A DNA stretch of 29,893 nt from a virus (lineage: Duplodnaviria > Caudoviricetes), in IMG/VR virus record IMGVR_UViG_3300020042_012092, positions 1-29,893 of that record; one strand, given 5' to 3'. Under the pieces are notes generated by a model, which searched no databases, was not told where the DNA came from, and saw only the letters and a program-made list of their open reading frames with translations. Positions 8,677-17,550 of the stretch are shown one piece after another. Each line of letters begins with the position of its first letter. Position 1 is the stretch's first letter. The translations under genes were made by a program, and so were the position numbers.

Positions 8677-9582
8677 ATGGCAGATTTCAACTCATCAAAA
8701 GTAGACGGCGATTCAGTAGATGCAAACGAATGGAATCAGCTCGCAAGTATAGATAATTTTATTACTACAAGCGGTCAAACTCCATCGACTAGCAATCTTA
8801 ACCAAATGGGAATTGGTGCGGCTCGTTATGCAAGTGGCGGTCAATTCTTTACTGACTCTGGCACTGCCAACGCTTATGTTTTAACCTCAATCTCACCTTT
8901 TAAATCACCAGTTAGCAGCGGAGCTGGCGAAGGTTATTTCGTTGGAATGACAATTAAATTTCGCGCTGGAAACGCAAACACTGGCGCGTCAACTGTCAAC
9001 GTCAATTCTGCTGGCGTGAAAAATTTAAAATTAGGTGATGGAACAACTGACTTGCCCGCTGGAACTATTTCTACTAACGCCGATGTTATTTTTAGATACA
9101 ACGGAACTGTTTTTTGTTTGGAAAATTCTTCTTTTATTGGTTTTAGAGCCTATAGGTCAACTTCAGTTCAAACTATTTCTTCAGGGGTCAACACTAAAAT
9201 CCAGCTTAACGCTGAAAGTTATGATACAAATGGATGGTTTGATTCAACGACTAATTATAGATTCACACCTTTGAAAGCTGGATATTATTTAGTAATTGGA
9301 AGCGTGATAACTGGAAAAACTGGAAAATCGCCCGTTGTTTTAGACTGCAAAATTTACAAAAATGGTGTAGAAGTCACTTTTGGAAATGTTGGTAATGGCG
9401 TAACTTATCCAGCAGCATCAAGTTTTTTATTAAGCAGAACTACAACTGACATTATTTATATGAATGGTTCTACCGACTATTTAGAGCTTTTCACTTCAGC
9501 AACTTATTCTGATGGCACTTCACCTGAAATACAGGCTAATGTTAATGGCGTATTTATGGCAGCAACTTTTTTAGGAATATAA
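8677..9582 (+). CDS. Tail fibre protein with C-terminal C1q/TNF-like domain
   Basis: DSGTANAY...GMTIKFRA.NANTGASTVNVN fibre motif. C-terminal FRAY...ESYDTNGWFD..NYRFTP.KAGYYLV...IYKNG...TDYLEL. Confidence 0.8.
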   Translation: MADFNSSKVDGDSVDANEWNQLASIDNFITTSGQTPSTSNLNQMGIGAARYASGGQFFTDSGTANAYVLTSISPFKSPVSSGAGEGYFVGMTIKFRAGNANTGASTVNVNSAGVKNLKLGDGTTDLPAGTISTNADVIFRYNGTVFCLENSSFIGFRAYRSTSVQTISSGVNTKIQLNAESYDTNGWFDSTTNYRFTPLKAGYYLVIGSVITGKTGKSPVVLDCKIYKNGVEVTFGNVGNGVTYPAASSFLLSRTTTDIIYMNGSTDYLELFTSATYSDGTSPEIQANVNGVFMAATFLGI

Positions 9583-9583
9583 A

Positions 9584-10147
9584 ATGGATTATTTGATTCA
9601 AAAATACTTAACAGAAAACAATTTAACTGGCGTCAATGGAATTGATTACATTTTGCAGGATAACGGCAATGGAACGTATATCAAAGAATGGAAGCTAAAT
9701 ATTGCGCAACCAACTTTTACAAGCGCAGATTATGAAATTTCAACTTTAGAACAAGCTAAATTAGTTAAAATAGCTCAACTAAAAGCCAATCGAAACGCAG
9801 CTTTGGAAAAAACTTGGATTGCTTCTAAAGCAAAAGAATGGGAAACAGAAAATCAAGTTTATTTTGAATTTAGTTTAAAATCAACTGGAATTGTTTTAAC
9901 AGAACCACACACAATTGTTTTTGGCGCGCTTCTCAGTGTAGAACCAATTAAATATAGTTGCAAAATAATTGAAGGTGAAAATAGACGTGAAGGTTATATT
10001 ATTTTAAATCAAGAAGTTGCTCAAAAATTGTCATCTCATTTTAGATCTGATGCAACTGGTTACATTGGTCTTGCGAATGATTTAGAAGCAGAAATCAACG
10101 CTTGCACCACTATTAAACAAATAAACCTAATTAACATTGAATTTTAA
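9584..10147 (+). CDS. Tail fibre assembly chaperone (XkdW-like N-terminus, DUF4376-like C-terminus)
   Basis: DYILQDNGNGTYIKEWKL..AQPT, LEQAK..KIAQLK..RN, and terminal L.AEINACTT.KQI..I; directly after the fibre gene. Confidence 0.7.
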   Translation: MDYLIQKYLTENNLTGVNGIDYILQDNGNGTYIKEWKLNIAQPTFTSADYEISTLEQAKLVKIAQLKANRNAALEKTWIASKAKEWETENQVYFEFSLKSTGIVLTEPHTIVFGALLSVEPIKYSCKIIEGENRREGYIILNQEVAQKLSSHFRSDATGYIGLANDLEAEINACTTIKQINLINIEF

Positions 10148-10152
10148 TAAAT

Positions 10153-11880
10153 ATGTCTTTGCTTTTATCATTATTAGAACCAACTGGCGGCGGCGGCGGA
10201 GGCGGAGGCGGAAGCGGCGATGTTGTCGGCCCGGCTTCATCGACAGACAATGCTTTAGCTAGATATAATTTAGCCACTGGAAAATTAATTCAAAATTCAG
10301 GTGTTCTACTCGATGATGCAAATAACTTTACTGGCATTGTTAATTTAAGTTTATCGGGCAATCAAACTTTTAGCGGTCTTGGTAAAAAAATACTAGCTGA
10401 TTTTTCAAATGCAACTCGTGCAAACCGCCTCGCTTTTCAAACATCAACTTTAAACGGCAACACTCGAGTCCCTATACTTCCAAACGGCACTTCTCGCCTT
10501 GCTGGCATAGATTGCTTTGACGGAACTGATGCTGACAATGCGTCTTTTTTACAAGTTCATTCTGATGGCACAAATAATCACGCTGGCTTAAACTCTGCTA
10601 AAATTGGCACTGGCACAACCAAAGATTTAGTATTTCAAATTGATGGAATTACCAAAGCCAAAGTTAATGCAGCCGATGGAAAATTTAACGTTGACACACT
10701 CATCGCTTCTCAATTAATAGCAAGCGACGCTTCAAAAAATCTTCAATCGCTTGATGTTGCAACCTACCCTTCTTTAACAGAAATATCTTATGTCAAAGGA
10801 GTTACAAGCGCAATTCAAACACAACTTAACTCAAAATTAAGTTCTGCAATTACTTCTTTAAACGGACTTACAGGAGCTAGTCAAAGCATTGCAACGGCTT
10901 CGACTGGAACAGATTTTGAAATTAATTCCACAGGAACTTCGCACATTATTTCAATTCCTAGCATGGGTTCGGGAATAACTCGAGGCTTGCTGACTAACGG
11001 AACTCAAACAATACCCGGTGTTAAAACATTTAGTGACGAGGTAATGTTTGGCAAGCCAAATTTAACACTTACTAATTTAACTGGTTTAACAACTACTGTT
11101 TCTTCTGCTACGCCAGTTGTTTTAACAAATGCAAGTACTTATTTACAAGTATTTACTGGCAGTATTAACCAACAAGTAACACTGCCAGTAGCATCAACTT
11201 TATTACTAGGTTGGTCTGTTAAAATTATAAACAACAACTCGACTAATAACATAACCATTAATTCATCTGGTGGGAATGTTGTTGGTAACGTTATATCGGG
11301 AATGTCTGGTACAGTTACTTGCGTATTAGCTTCTGGAACAACCGCTGCATCGTGGGAATTTGAAACTACTGGATGTTCTGTATTAAGTGGTACTGGCACT
11401 TCGTTTGTAACAAACGTTGGACCAACTATTACTGGTTTAATGAGCTTTGTTGGTTCTACCTCATCTAACGCTCTCCTTGGCACATCGATTGCCACTGGAA
11501 CGATAACAGTTGGTGGCATTACTGGAACAGGAACAATATCACTAGGACAATCAACAGCAAGCCAAATAGTCAACGTTCACGCTGGCGCAACTGCGTCAGG
11601 CTCTACCAAAACATTGAACATTGGCACTGGTGGATTAACTGGCTCTACAACTAATATTGCAATTGGCTCAACCACTGGCACAAGCATAACAACACTTAAC
11701 GGAATCACTAAACAGCAAACTTACACAGTGGCAACTCTTCCATCTGCTTCTGCAAGTGGCGTGGGTGCAAGTTCTTTTGTGACGGATGCATCATCTCCCG
11801 TTTTTGGTGCAACAGTAGCAGGCGGCGGCGCAGTGCCAGTGCCAGTTTATAGCGATGGCACAAATTGGAAAGTTGGTTAA
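10153..11880 (+). CDS. Second fibre-like structural protein (Gly/Thr/Ser-rich)
   Basis: Poly-Gly then GDVVGPASSTDNALARYN..TGKLIQNS; TEISYVKGVTSAIQTQLN; QTIPGVKTF; terminal TYTVATLPSA...YSDGTNWK motif common in phage fibres. Confidence 0.7.
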   Translation: MSLLLSLLEPTGGGGGGGGGSGDVVGPASSTDNALARYNLATGKLIQNSGVLLDDANNFTGIVNLSLSGNQTFSGLGKKILADFSNATRANRLAFQTSTLNGNTRVPILPNGTSRLAGIDCFDGTDADNASFLQVHSDGTNNHAGLNSAKIGTGTTKDLVFQIDGITKAKVNAADGKFNVDTLIASQLIASDASKNLQSLDVATYPSLTEISYVKGVTSAIQTQLNSKLSSAITSLNGLTGASQSIATASTGTDFEINSTGTSHIISIPSMGSGITRGLLTNGTQTIPGVKTFSDEVMFGKPNLTLTNLTGLTTTVSSATPVVLTNASTYLQVFTGSINQQVTLPVASTLLLGWSVKIINNNSTNNITINSSGGNVVGNVISGMSGTVTCVLASGTTAASWEFETTGCSVLSGTGTSFVTNVGPTITGLMSFVGSTSSNALLGTSIATGTITVGGITGTGTISLGQSTASQIVNVHAGATASGSTKTLNIGTGGLTGSTTNIAIGSTTGTSITTLNGITKQQTYTVATLPSASASGVGASSFVTDASSPVFGATVAGGGAVPVPVYSDGTNWKVG

Positions 11881-11899
11881 ACATAAACAAATTATCATC

Positions 11900-12169
11900 A
11901 TGAATACAATTATACAAGAGAATTATTGGAAAATTCATAACCTTATTAATGTTGGAACAAAAACTGAACGATGGGAATTTTTAGAGCAAGTTGTTTTTGA
12001 AAAATCGGTTATTGACGGACTTGGCGATAATCGAGCAGTAAAATCTCTAAATCTATGTTTGGAAGCAATGCACAAAAAATATCCAAATATAGTTTTGGGC
12101 GTAGAAATCCAAACTATCAACAATAATCAGATTGTAAAATATGATTATGCAAAAAAATTATTGATGTAA
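11900..12169 (+). CDS. Hypothetical protein
   Basis: ORF 11855-12169; ATG 11900 avoids overlap with the upstream gene. Confidence 0.55.
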   Translation: MNTIIQENYWKIHNLINVGTKTERWEFLEQVVFEKSVIDGLGDNRAVKSLNLCLEAMHKKYPNIVLGVEIQTINNNQIVKYDYAKKLLM

Positions 12170-12172
12170 AAT

Positions 12173-12409
12173 ATGGACTATTTATTTTTTTCAAAAATAG
12201 GCGGATTATTTCGGGCAATTAGTGCTTCAGTTTTTTATTGGTGCAAAGGTTATTCAAAAGAAATTGAAAAGCCGATTGAGGATGCGGAAGGAAATTTCTT
12301 AATTTCTAAAGTTGGCGAATTAGAAGGTTTAGAAAGTGATGGCGTAGTTTTGGTAGAGCCTGAACCAACTCCTGAACCTGAACCAATTTCTGAAGAACCA
12401 AATTCTTAA
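12173..12409 (+). CDS. Hypothetical protein with acidic Pro-Glu tail
   Basis: 78 aa with EPEPTPEPEP; tight operon spacing. Confidence 0.6.
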   Translation: MDYLFFSKIGGLFRAISASVFYWCKGYSKEIEKPIEDAEGNFLISKVGELEGLESDGVVLVEPEPTPEPEPISEEPNS

Positions 12410-12438
12410 GAACCAACAATAACTCAATAATTTAAAAT

Positions 12439-12669
12439 ATGAAAATCTTAAAATTTGAAACTAACAGTCAATTAGACCAATCTCTGGCAACATTACTTGA
12501 TTTTTATTTAAAAAGTAAGGGAATGGAAGCTGTAGGACTCGTCAATTTTATATTAAATTCTATTCAAAATCTTCCTGAAGAGCAAGTTGTCGCTCCTGAA
12601 GTTGTCGCTCCTCAAGCTGAACCTGAAGCTGAAACTCAACTTGAGCCAGTTGTTGAAACTCAAAATTAA
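12439..12669 (+). CDS. Hypothetical protein with acidic tail
   Basis: 76 aa; short tandem duplication (VVAP twice). Confidence 0.6.
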   Translation: MKILKFETNSQLDQSLATLLDFYLKSKGMEAVGLVNFILNSIQNLPEEQVVAPEVVAPQAEPEAETQLEPVVETQN

Positions 12670-12733
12670 GCTTTTCAATGAACAATATAGCCGACTCAAT
12701 TAACGAATTAATTATTAATACCAACGCATTAAT

Positions 12734-13078
12734 ATGGACTGGAATTTAGCTCAAACAATTTTAAGCGTTATCGGAATTTTAATTTCTGGCTCGGTTTATG
12801 TTGTTGTATTGGTAACTAAAGTGACTACAAGAGTTCGCGATGTTGAAAGAGATATTTTAGATCAAAAAGAAAGAATAAAAAATCTGGAGGATAAAACTTC
12901 TTTTGAAAATTTAGAGAAAGTAACGCAAAGAGTGTTGACGCAAGCTATCCATTCAAAAGAATTTAAAGAATCAATGCGTGATGTTATCTTACATGTTTCT
13001 AAAAATCACTACGCCGCAGAAGCTGGCGTCATGTCGCAAGTTTTGGAAGCTCTTAAAAAAATGGAAGAAAGATTATGA
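12734..13078 (+). CDS. Single-TM coiled-coil membrane protein (lysis-region, holin/antiholin-like)
   Basis: N-terminal TM followed by a coiled coil; first gene of the coupled membrane-protein cluster. Confidence 0.55.
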   Translation: MDWNLAQTILSVIGILISGSVYVVVLVTKVTTRVRDVERDILDQKERIKNLEDKTSFENLEKVTQRVLTQAIHSKEFKESMRDVILHVSKNHYAAEAGVMSQVLEALKKMEERL

Positions 13079-13335
13079 AAAAACGCATAATTGAATTTTT
13101 GCCAGATATTGAAAATCTTGCCAAGAAAGACTCGCAACTTTCTACTAAAAGATATGCAGACCTTAGATTGATAAACCATGTTATTTTCCAAAGCTGGGTT
13201 GTTTTAATTGTTTTTATCTATTTTGAGAAATGGGAAGAAGTAACCTTGCATTTTATTTTTTTAAGTGCCTTATGTTTTGGCAGAGGTTTACTTGCCAAAG
13301 ATAATTTTTTAAATAAAATAACCAAAAATGATTGA
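13075..13335 (+). CDS. Putative holin
   Basis: 86 aa, LSTKR followed by two hydrophobic segments and a basic C-terminus; directly upstream of the spanins. Confidence 0.5.
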   Translation: MKKRIIEFLPDIENLAKKDSQLSTKRYADLRLINHVIFQSWVVLIVFIYFEKWEEVTLHFIFLSALCFGRGLLAKDNFLNKITKND

Positions 13336-13567
13336 TTTAAAATCGCTTTTAACGCTAATAACTAGTTTTTTCGCTGCGGTTGCTTGGTTTTTGTATGGCA
13401 ATAAAAAACAAGAACTTGCAAAACTTGAAAAAGAGAATTTAGAAAAAGACTTAATAAACAAAGACTTAGTTCAAAATGCACAAATTAAAAAAGATGTTGC
13501 TACTGTTTCTTTTCCTGAATTGTCTAGCCAGTTGCGCAAAAAATCAAGAGCCAAAGCTGATAAATAA
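13328..13567 (+). CDS. Putative i-spanin (Rz-like)
   Basis: N-terminal TM plus charged helical periplasmic region; 3' end overlapped by a lipoprotein gene in another frame. Confidence 0.65.
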   Translation: MIDLKSLLTLITSFFAAVAWFLYGNKKQELAKLEKENLEKDLINKDLVQNAQIKKDVATVSFPELSSQLRKKSRAKADK

Positions 13568-13790
13568 TTTTTGCGATTTACAACTTGAATTTCCAATCGT
13601 AGACGTTTATGTTCATGACTATTGGGAAGCCATCGAAACTAGAATTAGACAAAAAGAAGATAATAGAAAAAAAATGACGCCTCAAGAAAAATTAAAAAAT
13701 CAACTAACGCCAGAAGAAGCTTTTGCCAAAGTGTTCATTGAGTTTGCTGCGAGAAGCGAACTAACAAGACAAGAAAAGTGCGATTTTTAA
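13494..13790 (+). CDS. Putative o-spanin (Rz1-like lipoprotein)
   Basis: MLLLFLFLNCLASC lipobox (start 13494, or 13476 with basic n-region), further Cys residues, overlaps the i-spanin. Confidence 0.65.
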   Translation: MLLLFLFLNCLASCAKNQEPKLINNFCDLQLEFPIVDVYVHDYWEAIETRIRQKEDNRKKMTPQEKLKNQLTPEEAFAKVFIEFAARSELTRQEKCDF

Positions 13791-13797
13791 ATTTATT

Positions 13798-14028
13798 ATG
13801 ATTTGGCGCAAACGTAAAATAAGGCTTTACAGATTTTTTCTTAAAATTCTAAAAGATTGTAAAAAGGAGAAAAATTTAGATGAAAGTTTGCGAAATCTTT
13901 GTTATATTTTTCCAAATTTTAATAAATATTTTCTTCTTTATTATTCAAGAAAAAGTAGGAGAGAATCTAAAAATAGATCTCGCAAATTGATGAACATGTT
14001 GCGTGAAATAAATAAGAAATTTAAATAA
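13798..14028 (+). CDS. Hypothetical basic protein
   Basis: 76-aa K/R-rich ORF with operon spacing. Confidence 0.5.
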   Translation: MIWRKRKIRLYRFFLKILKDCKKEKNLDESLRNLCYIFPNFNKYFLLYYSRKSRRESKNRSRKLMNMLREINKKFK

Positions 14029-14038
14029 ATCAAAAAAA

Positions 14039-14557
14039 ATGACAGTATTAATCGCGCAACACACAAAAGAAAAAATTATTTTAGGAGCTGACGCGGGAAG
14101 TTTTTATGGAGATTATCATAAGGTTCATTTAACTAATCATAAAGGGCGTTTAAAAATTATGTCGGTAAATGATATTATTTATTCTGGCACTGGCTCGGTA
14201 GCTGAAATTATAAATTTTGGTTTATTTTGCCAAACTAGAAAGCCTGAAAGAAATGACCAGTTGGGCATTCAAAGATTTTTTGTTGATTTTAGTAAATGGC
14301 TAAAAGAACAAAATATTGAACCAAATGGCAAAGTAGAAAATAATTATTTTTTAGTTTTTGAAAAAAAGTTATTTCATTATCGAAATGGAGCGGTTCAAGA
14401 AATTTTAGAAGATGATTTTGCAACCGATGGAGCTGGATTTAAAGAAGCTTATATGGCTTTGCACCTTGGAAAATCAGTTAAAGAAGCTATTGATTTAACT
14501 GTTCAAATGAACGTGTGGGCATCTGGTGAAGCGCAAATTGTAGAAATTTTAAAATAA
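14039..14557 (+). CDS. HslV/proteasome-beta-like Ntn hydrolase
   Basis: M-T start, ILGAD, conserved K (RLKI), SGTG, ATDGAG..EAY.AL.LG.S..EAI, terminal ASG. Confidence 0.75.
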   Translation: MTVLIAQHTKEKIILGADAGSFYGDYHKVHLTNHKGRLKIMSVNDIIYSGTGSVAEIINFGLFCQTRKPERNDQLGIQRFFVDFSKWLKEQNIEPNGKVENNYFLVFEKKLFHYRNGAVQEILEDDFATDGAGFKEAYMALHLGKSVKEAIDLTVQMNVWASGEAQIVEILK

Positions 14558-14614
14558 AAAAAAGCTCCTCCAGCAGTTCCTAATGATTACGAGACTATGA
14601 CAGCATAAACTTGA

Positions 14615-14875
14615 ATGAAAAAACTTTTAGAATTTTTTAAAAAAAGATTAGAAATTGAAAAGTTAAAATATCAAACTGGATTTTGCACTACGATAAACGT
14701 TTTTGGCTTTGCTCGTAAAAATGAAAATTTTAAAAAAAAATTTAATCCATTAGACTACGAAATAAAAGGCTTCACAAACCCATATAAACCCGATTTAAGT
14801 TCTAAACCAACAGAACCAACAATTCCTATGAATCCAAAACAGTATAGTTTTAGCTTAAGAAAACGTAATTTTTAA
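14615..14875 (+). CDS. Hypothetical protein (paralogous to N-terminus of 17724-18095)
   Basis: FFKKRLEIEKL...KGFTNPYKP versus YFKKKLEIWKL...KGYTNPCNKP. Confidence 0.6.
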   Translation: MKKLLEFFKKRLEIEKLKYQTGFCTTINVFGFARKNENFKKKFNPLDYEIKGFTNPYKPDLSSKPTEPTIPMNPKQYSFSLRKRNF

Positions 14876-14887
14876 AAATGAAGTTAT

Positions 14888-14989
14888 ATGGTAATGATTT
14901 TTGTTTTAGTTTTAATAGTTATTTCTTTCATAGCAGGCGTTGGCTATATTTGCCAAGATTTTGGTGCTTGTATGAGAAATAAAAAATGA
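14888..14989 (+). CDS. Putative 33-aa membrane peptide
   Basis: Manual translation MVMIFVLVLIVISFIAGVGYICQDFGACMRNKK; fills an intergenic gap. Confidence 0.35.
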   Translation: MVMIFVLVLIVISFIAGVGYICQDFGACMRNKK

Positions 14990-15027
14990 GGTTATGAAAC
15001 ATCGAGAGAAATGTTAATAGACAAGCT

Positions 15028-15429
15028 ATGCAAAAAATTAAAAAATTTACCGATGAATTAATTGTAAGGTCTTTTGACAAAAAATGGGAACTTGTAGAAC
15101 CTTTTTCTTTTTATTACGAAAAACTAAATAAAAATACCTATCGATTTGAAGATCCCGACAACTATAATAAAATTGTAATTCCAAAAGGTTTTATTACTGA
15201 CTTTGCTTCTACACCTCGAATTTTATATCCAATAATTCCACAAATTGGAATCTACAACAAAGCTTGTATAATTCACGATTACCTTTATCAAGAAAAAATC
15301 TTTCCAAGAAAAACTTGTGATTTATATTTTTTACAAGCAATGAAAATTTTAGGTGTTCCAAAATGGAAAAGAAATCTGATGTTTGCAGCTGTTAGGTTAT
15401 TTGGTAAAAAATACTATGGAAAAAAATGA
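15028..15429 (+). CDS. DUF1353 family protein
   Basis: IPKGFITDFASTPR, G.YNKA.IIHDYLY, D..FLQAM..LGVP.WKR..M..AVRLFG. Confidence 0.9.
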   Translation: MQKIKKFTDELIVRSFDKKWELVEPFSFYYEKLNKNTYRFEDPDNYNKIVIPKGFITDFASTPRILYPIIPQIGIYNKACIIHDYLYQEKIFPRKTCDLYFLQAMKILGVPKWKRNLMFAAVRLFGKKYYGKK

Positions 15430-15471
15430 TAACTAAAGAAAGCCTTAAAAGAAAAAATTTACACAAATATT

Positions 15472-15855
15472 ATGCCTAAATTTAGCAAAACATCCGCCGC
15501 AAAATTGGCAACTTGCCATCCTGATTTGCAAAAAATATTTAACGACATAATCAAGCTTCGCGATTGCGTTATTATTTGTGGCGCAAGAACTTTAGAAGAG
15601 CAACAAAAAGCGTTTGCTGGCGGTTTTTCTAAGCTTGACGGCATCAATAAAAAGTCTAAACACCAAATTAGCAAAGAACAAACTTTCAGCCTTGCTGTCG
15701 ATGTTTTGCCTTATCCGATTAAGTGGGATGATAGAAAGGGGCATGAAGATTTTGCCCGCGCTGTCAAAGCAACTGCGCAACATTACAAAATTAATTTAAT
15801 TTGGGGCGGTGATTTTAAATCGTTTGTTGATAGACCACACTGGGAACTTTTATGA
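15472..15855 (+). CDS. Endolysin, peptidase M15 (L-Ala-D-Glu peptidase type)
   Basis: S..KL..CHPDL, G.RT.EEQ, SKH, AVD, WGGDF..FVDRPHWEL zinc-peptidase motifs. Confidence 0.93.
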   Translation: MPKFSKTSAAKLATCHPDLQKIFNDIIKLRDCVIICGARTLEEQQKAFAGGFSKLDGINKKSKHQISKEQTFSLAVDVLPYPIKWDDRKGHEDFARAVKATAQHYKINLIWGGDFKSFVDRPHWELL

Positions 15856-16001
15856 AAAGTCAAGCACTATTACAAAATTCAAATCAATCAATTTTGATTT
15901 TGCATCCAAAAAAATATATTCGTTTTTTTAGAGCCAAAGAAGAATCTAAAATCAAACCAAAAAAACGTAGTAAGCTAGTTTATTATCCAAAATCAAGATA
16001 A
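15852..16001 (+). CDS. Hypothetical 49-aa basic protein
   Basis: ATGA overlap with the endolysin stop; ends 1 nt before the nuclease start (manual translation MKSQALLQ...YPKSR). Confidence 0.45.
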   Translation: MKSQALLQNSNQSILILHPKKYIRFFRAKEESKIKPKKRSKLVYYPKSR

Positions 16002-16002
16002 C

Positions 16003-16446
16003 ATGAAATTTTCACTTTGTTTTTTCTTTTTTTCTTTGTGCTTTTTTAGCTATTCAATAACTTCCGCTTTGTCGGCAAAAATTGATTTAAAGACTTCAAA
16101 TTGGAAAATAACTGAAGCAGTCGATGGAGACACCTTAAGAGTTGAAATACCCTCGATGTTGCCTTTGAAATACTCAATTAGAATCAATGGAATTGACACT
16201 CCTGAAAAAGCTGGTCGTGCCAAATGCGAAAAAGAAGCAGAACTTGCAAAAAAAGCTTCCGAATTTACTAAAAATTTAGTTAGCAATATAAAATCTTTCA
16301 AAATTACTAACGTCAAACATGATAAATATGGCGGCAGATTACTTGCTGACGTTGAAATAAACAATCTTGACCTTGGTAGAACCTTAACAAAAGAAGGCTT
16401 TGCTAGGATTTACCACGGAGAAAAAAAACTAAGCTGGTGTAATTAA
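16003..16446 (+). CDS. Thermonuclease (SNase-like) with signal peptide
   Basis: VDGDTL, IRINGIDTPE, DKYGGRLLADV, L.KEGFA..Y.G....WC. Confidence 0.95.
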   Translation: MKFSLCFFFFSLCFFSYSITSALSAKIDLKTSNWKITEAVDGDTLRVEIPSMLPLKYSIRINGIDTPEKAGRAKCEKEAELAKKASEFTKNLVSNIKSFKITNVKHDKYGGRLLADVEINNLDLGRTLTKEGFARIYHGEKKLSWCN

Positions 16447-16641
16447 CTAAAAATGAAATAAGAAATTCAAGTTTAAAAACAAAATAATTTCTAGTATAAT
16501 AATAGTTGTAAACGCAATAATCGCAAAATAACATATTTCTATAGATTCGCAATCATGTTTGGGAATACTTGGAAGAATAATTCCTTTAGGAAATTTGAAC
16601 TTTTCCTTTTCTTTTTTTTGAATTTGAATTTTTGATTCCAT
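16447..16641 (-). CDS. Hypothetical membrane protein
   Basis: 64 aa with C-terminal TM; last gene of the minus-strand block. Confidence 0.5.
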   Translation of the reverse strand: MESKIQIQKKEKEKFKFPKGIILPSIPKHDCESIEICYFAIIAFTTIIILEIILFLNLNFLFHF

Positions 16642-16804
16642 TTTTATTTTTTAAATTAAGTTACAATTTCCATTCTTTTTTAAGAAATTGTAAATCTATG
16701 TTAACTTTTCTGTTGTGCAAAGGCGTCTTCTTTTTTTTAATGCGGAAAAAAAATAAGCGATATTTCTTTTTAAGATTCTCCATTTAAAAACAATCATTTT
16801 TTTA

Positions 16805-17350
16805 TTAAACACCAGTTGAACCAAAGCCACCCCTGCCAGTATCTTCAAAATCTTCTACAACCATAAAACTTGATGGCGCAAGCTCTCTAATTAACATTTG
16901 CGCTATTTTATCACCTTTTTTAATTGTGTATGGCTCATGTCCATGATTAATCATGATTACACCAATTTCTTTGCGATAAGAATTGTCAATTGTACCCGGA
17001 GTATTTAACACTGTTAATCCATGTTTCAAAGCTAAACCCGAACGCGGGCGAATGTCGGCAACGGCATAACCAGTAATTTTAAATTCTTCTTTTATTATTT
17101 TTTCTAAAGGTTTGCTGCTTTCAAAATGAAAACCACTAGTGCCATATCTTTTAGGTAATTCAATTGCTAAACCAGTTTTTACTAAAACCCTGCACTGCGG
17201 CGGTATTTCTAAAAAAGTATGGCATTCACTTAAACTTGTGCCAATAAAAAAATCAAATCCATCTGCGAATAAGTCCCAAAGATCGCCGTCGTCTTCGCGA
17301 TGTGGCAATTTTGCTGTGTCAGTCAGTTTTTTTATTTTAAAAGGAATCAT
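16805..17350 (-). CDS. dut: Trimeric dUTPase with insertion
   Basis: [23 protein letters not shown] and RGGFGSTG motifs. Confidence 0.95.
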   Translation of the reverse strand: MIPFKIKKLTDTAKLPHREDDGDLWDLFADGFDFFIGTSLSECHTFLEIPPQCRVLVKTGLAIELPKRYGTSGFHFESSKPLEKIIKEEFKITGYAVADIRPRSGLALKHGLTVLNTPGTIDNSYRKEIGVIMINHGHEPYTIKKGDKIAQMLIRELAPSSFMVVEDFEDTGRGGFGSTGV

Positions 17351-17364
17351 AGTTTTAATTTAAG

Positions 17365-17550
17365 TTATTTATTTTCTGCGCCATTTAATGGCTGTGCAAC
17401 TCCGCTTACTGGTTTTAGATTTACCACTGTTTTACATTTTTCAGGAACTTGAAGCCAAATGCCAAAAAATAACAAAATTGCGTAGAAAATTACAACAGCT
17501 ACCAGAATTTTTAATTTAAATTTAGTATCTTTGCTTAGTTTATTTAGCAT
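17365..17550 (-). CDS. Hypothetical membrane protein
   Basis: 61 aa, single TM. Confidence 0.55.
   Translation of the reverse strand: MLNKLSKDTKFKLKILVAVVIFYAILLFFGIWLQVPEKCKTVVNLKPVSGVAQPLNGAENK

Noticed and set aside
10186-10212. GGC-rich repeat as a phase-variable tract
   Set aside because: In-frame poly-Gly linker; triplet slippage would not shift the frame.
12355-12615. Short tandem repeats (CCTGAA; GTTGTCGCTCCT) as a CRISPR or iteron array
   Set aside because: Coding low-complexity repeats with no repeat-spacer structure.
14560-14612. GAGACTA resembling a group I intron P7 element
   Set aside because: The intergenic gap is under 60 bp and the flanking genes are not interrupted.
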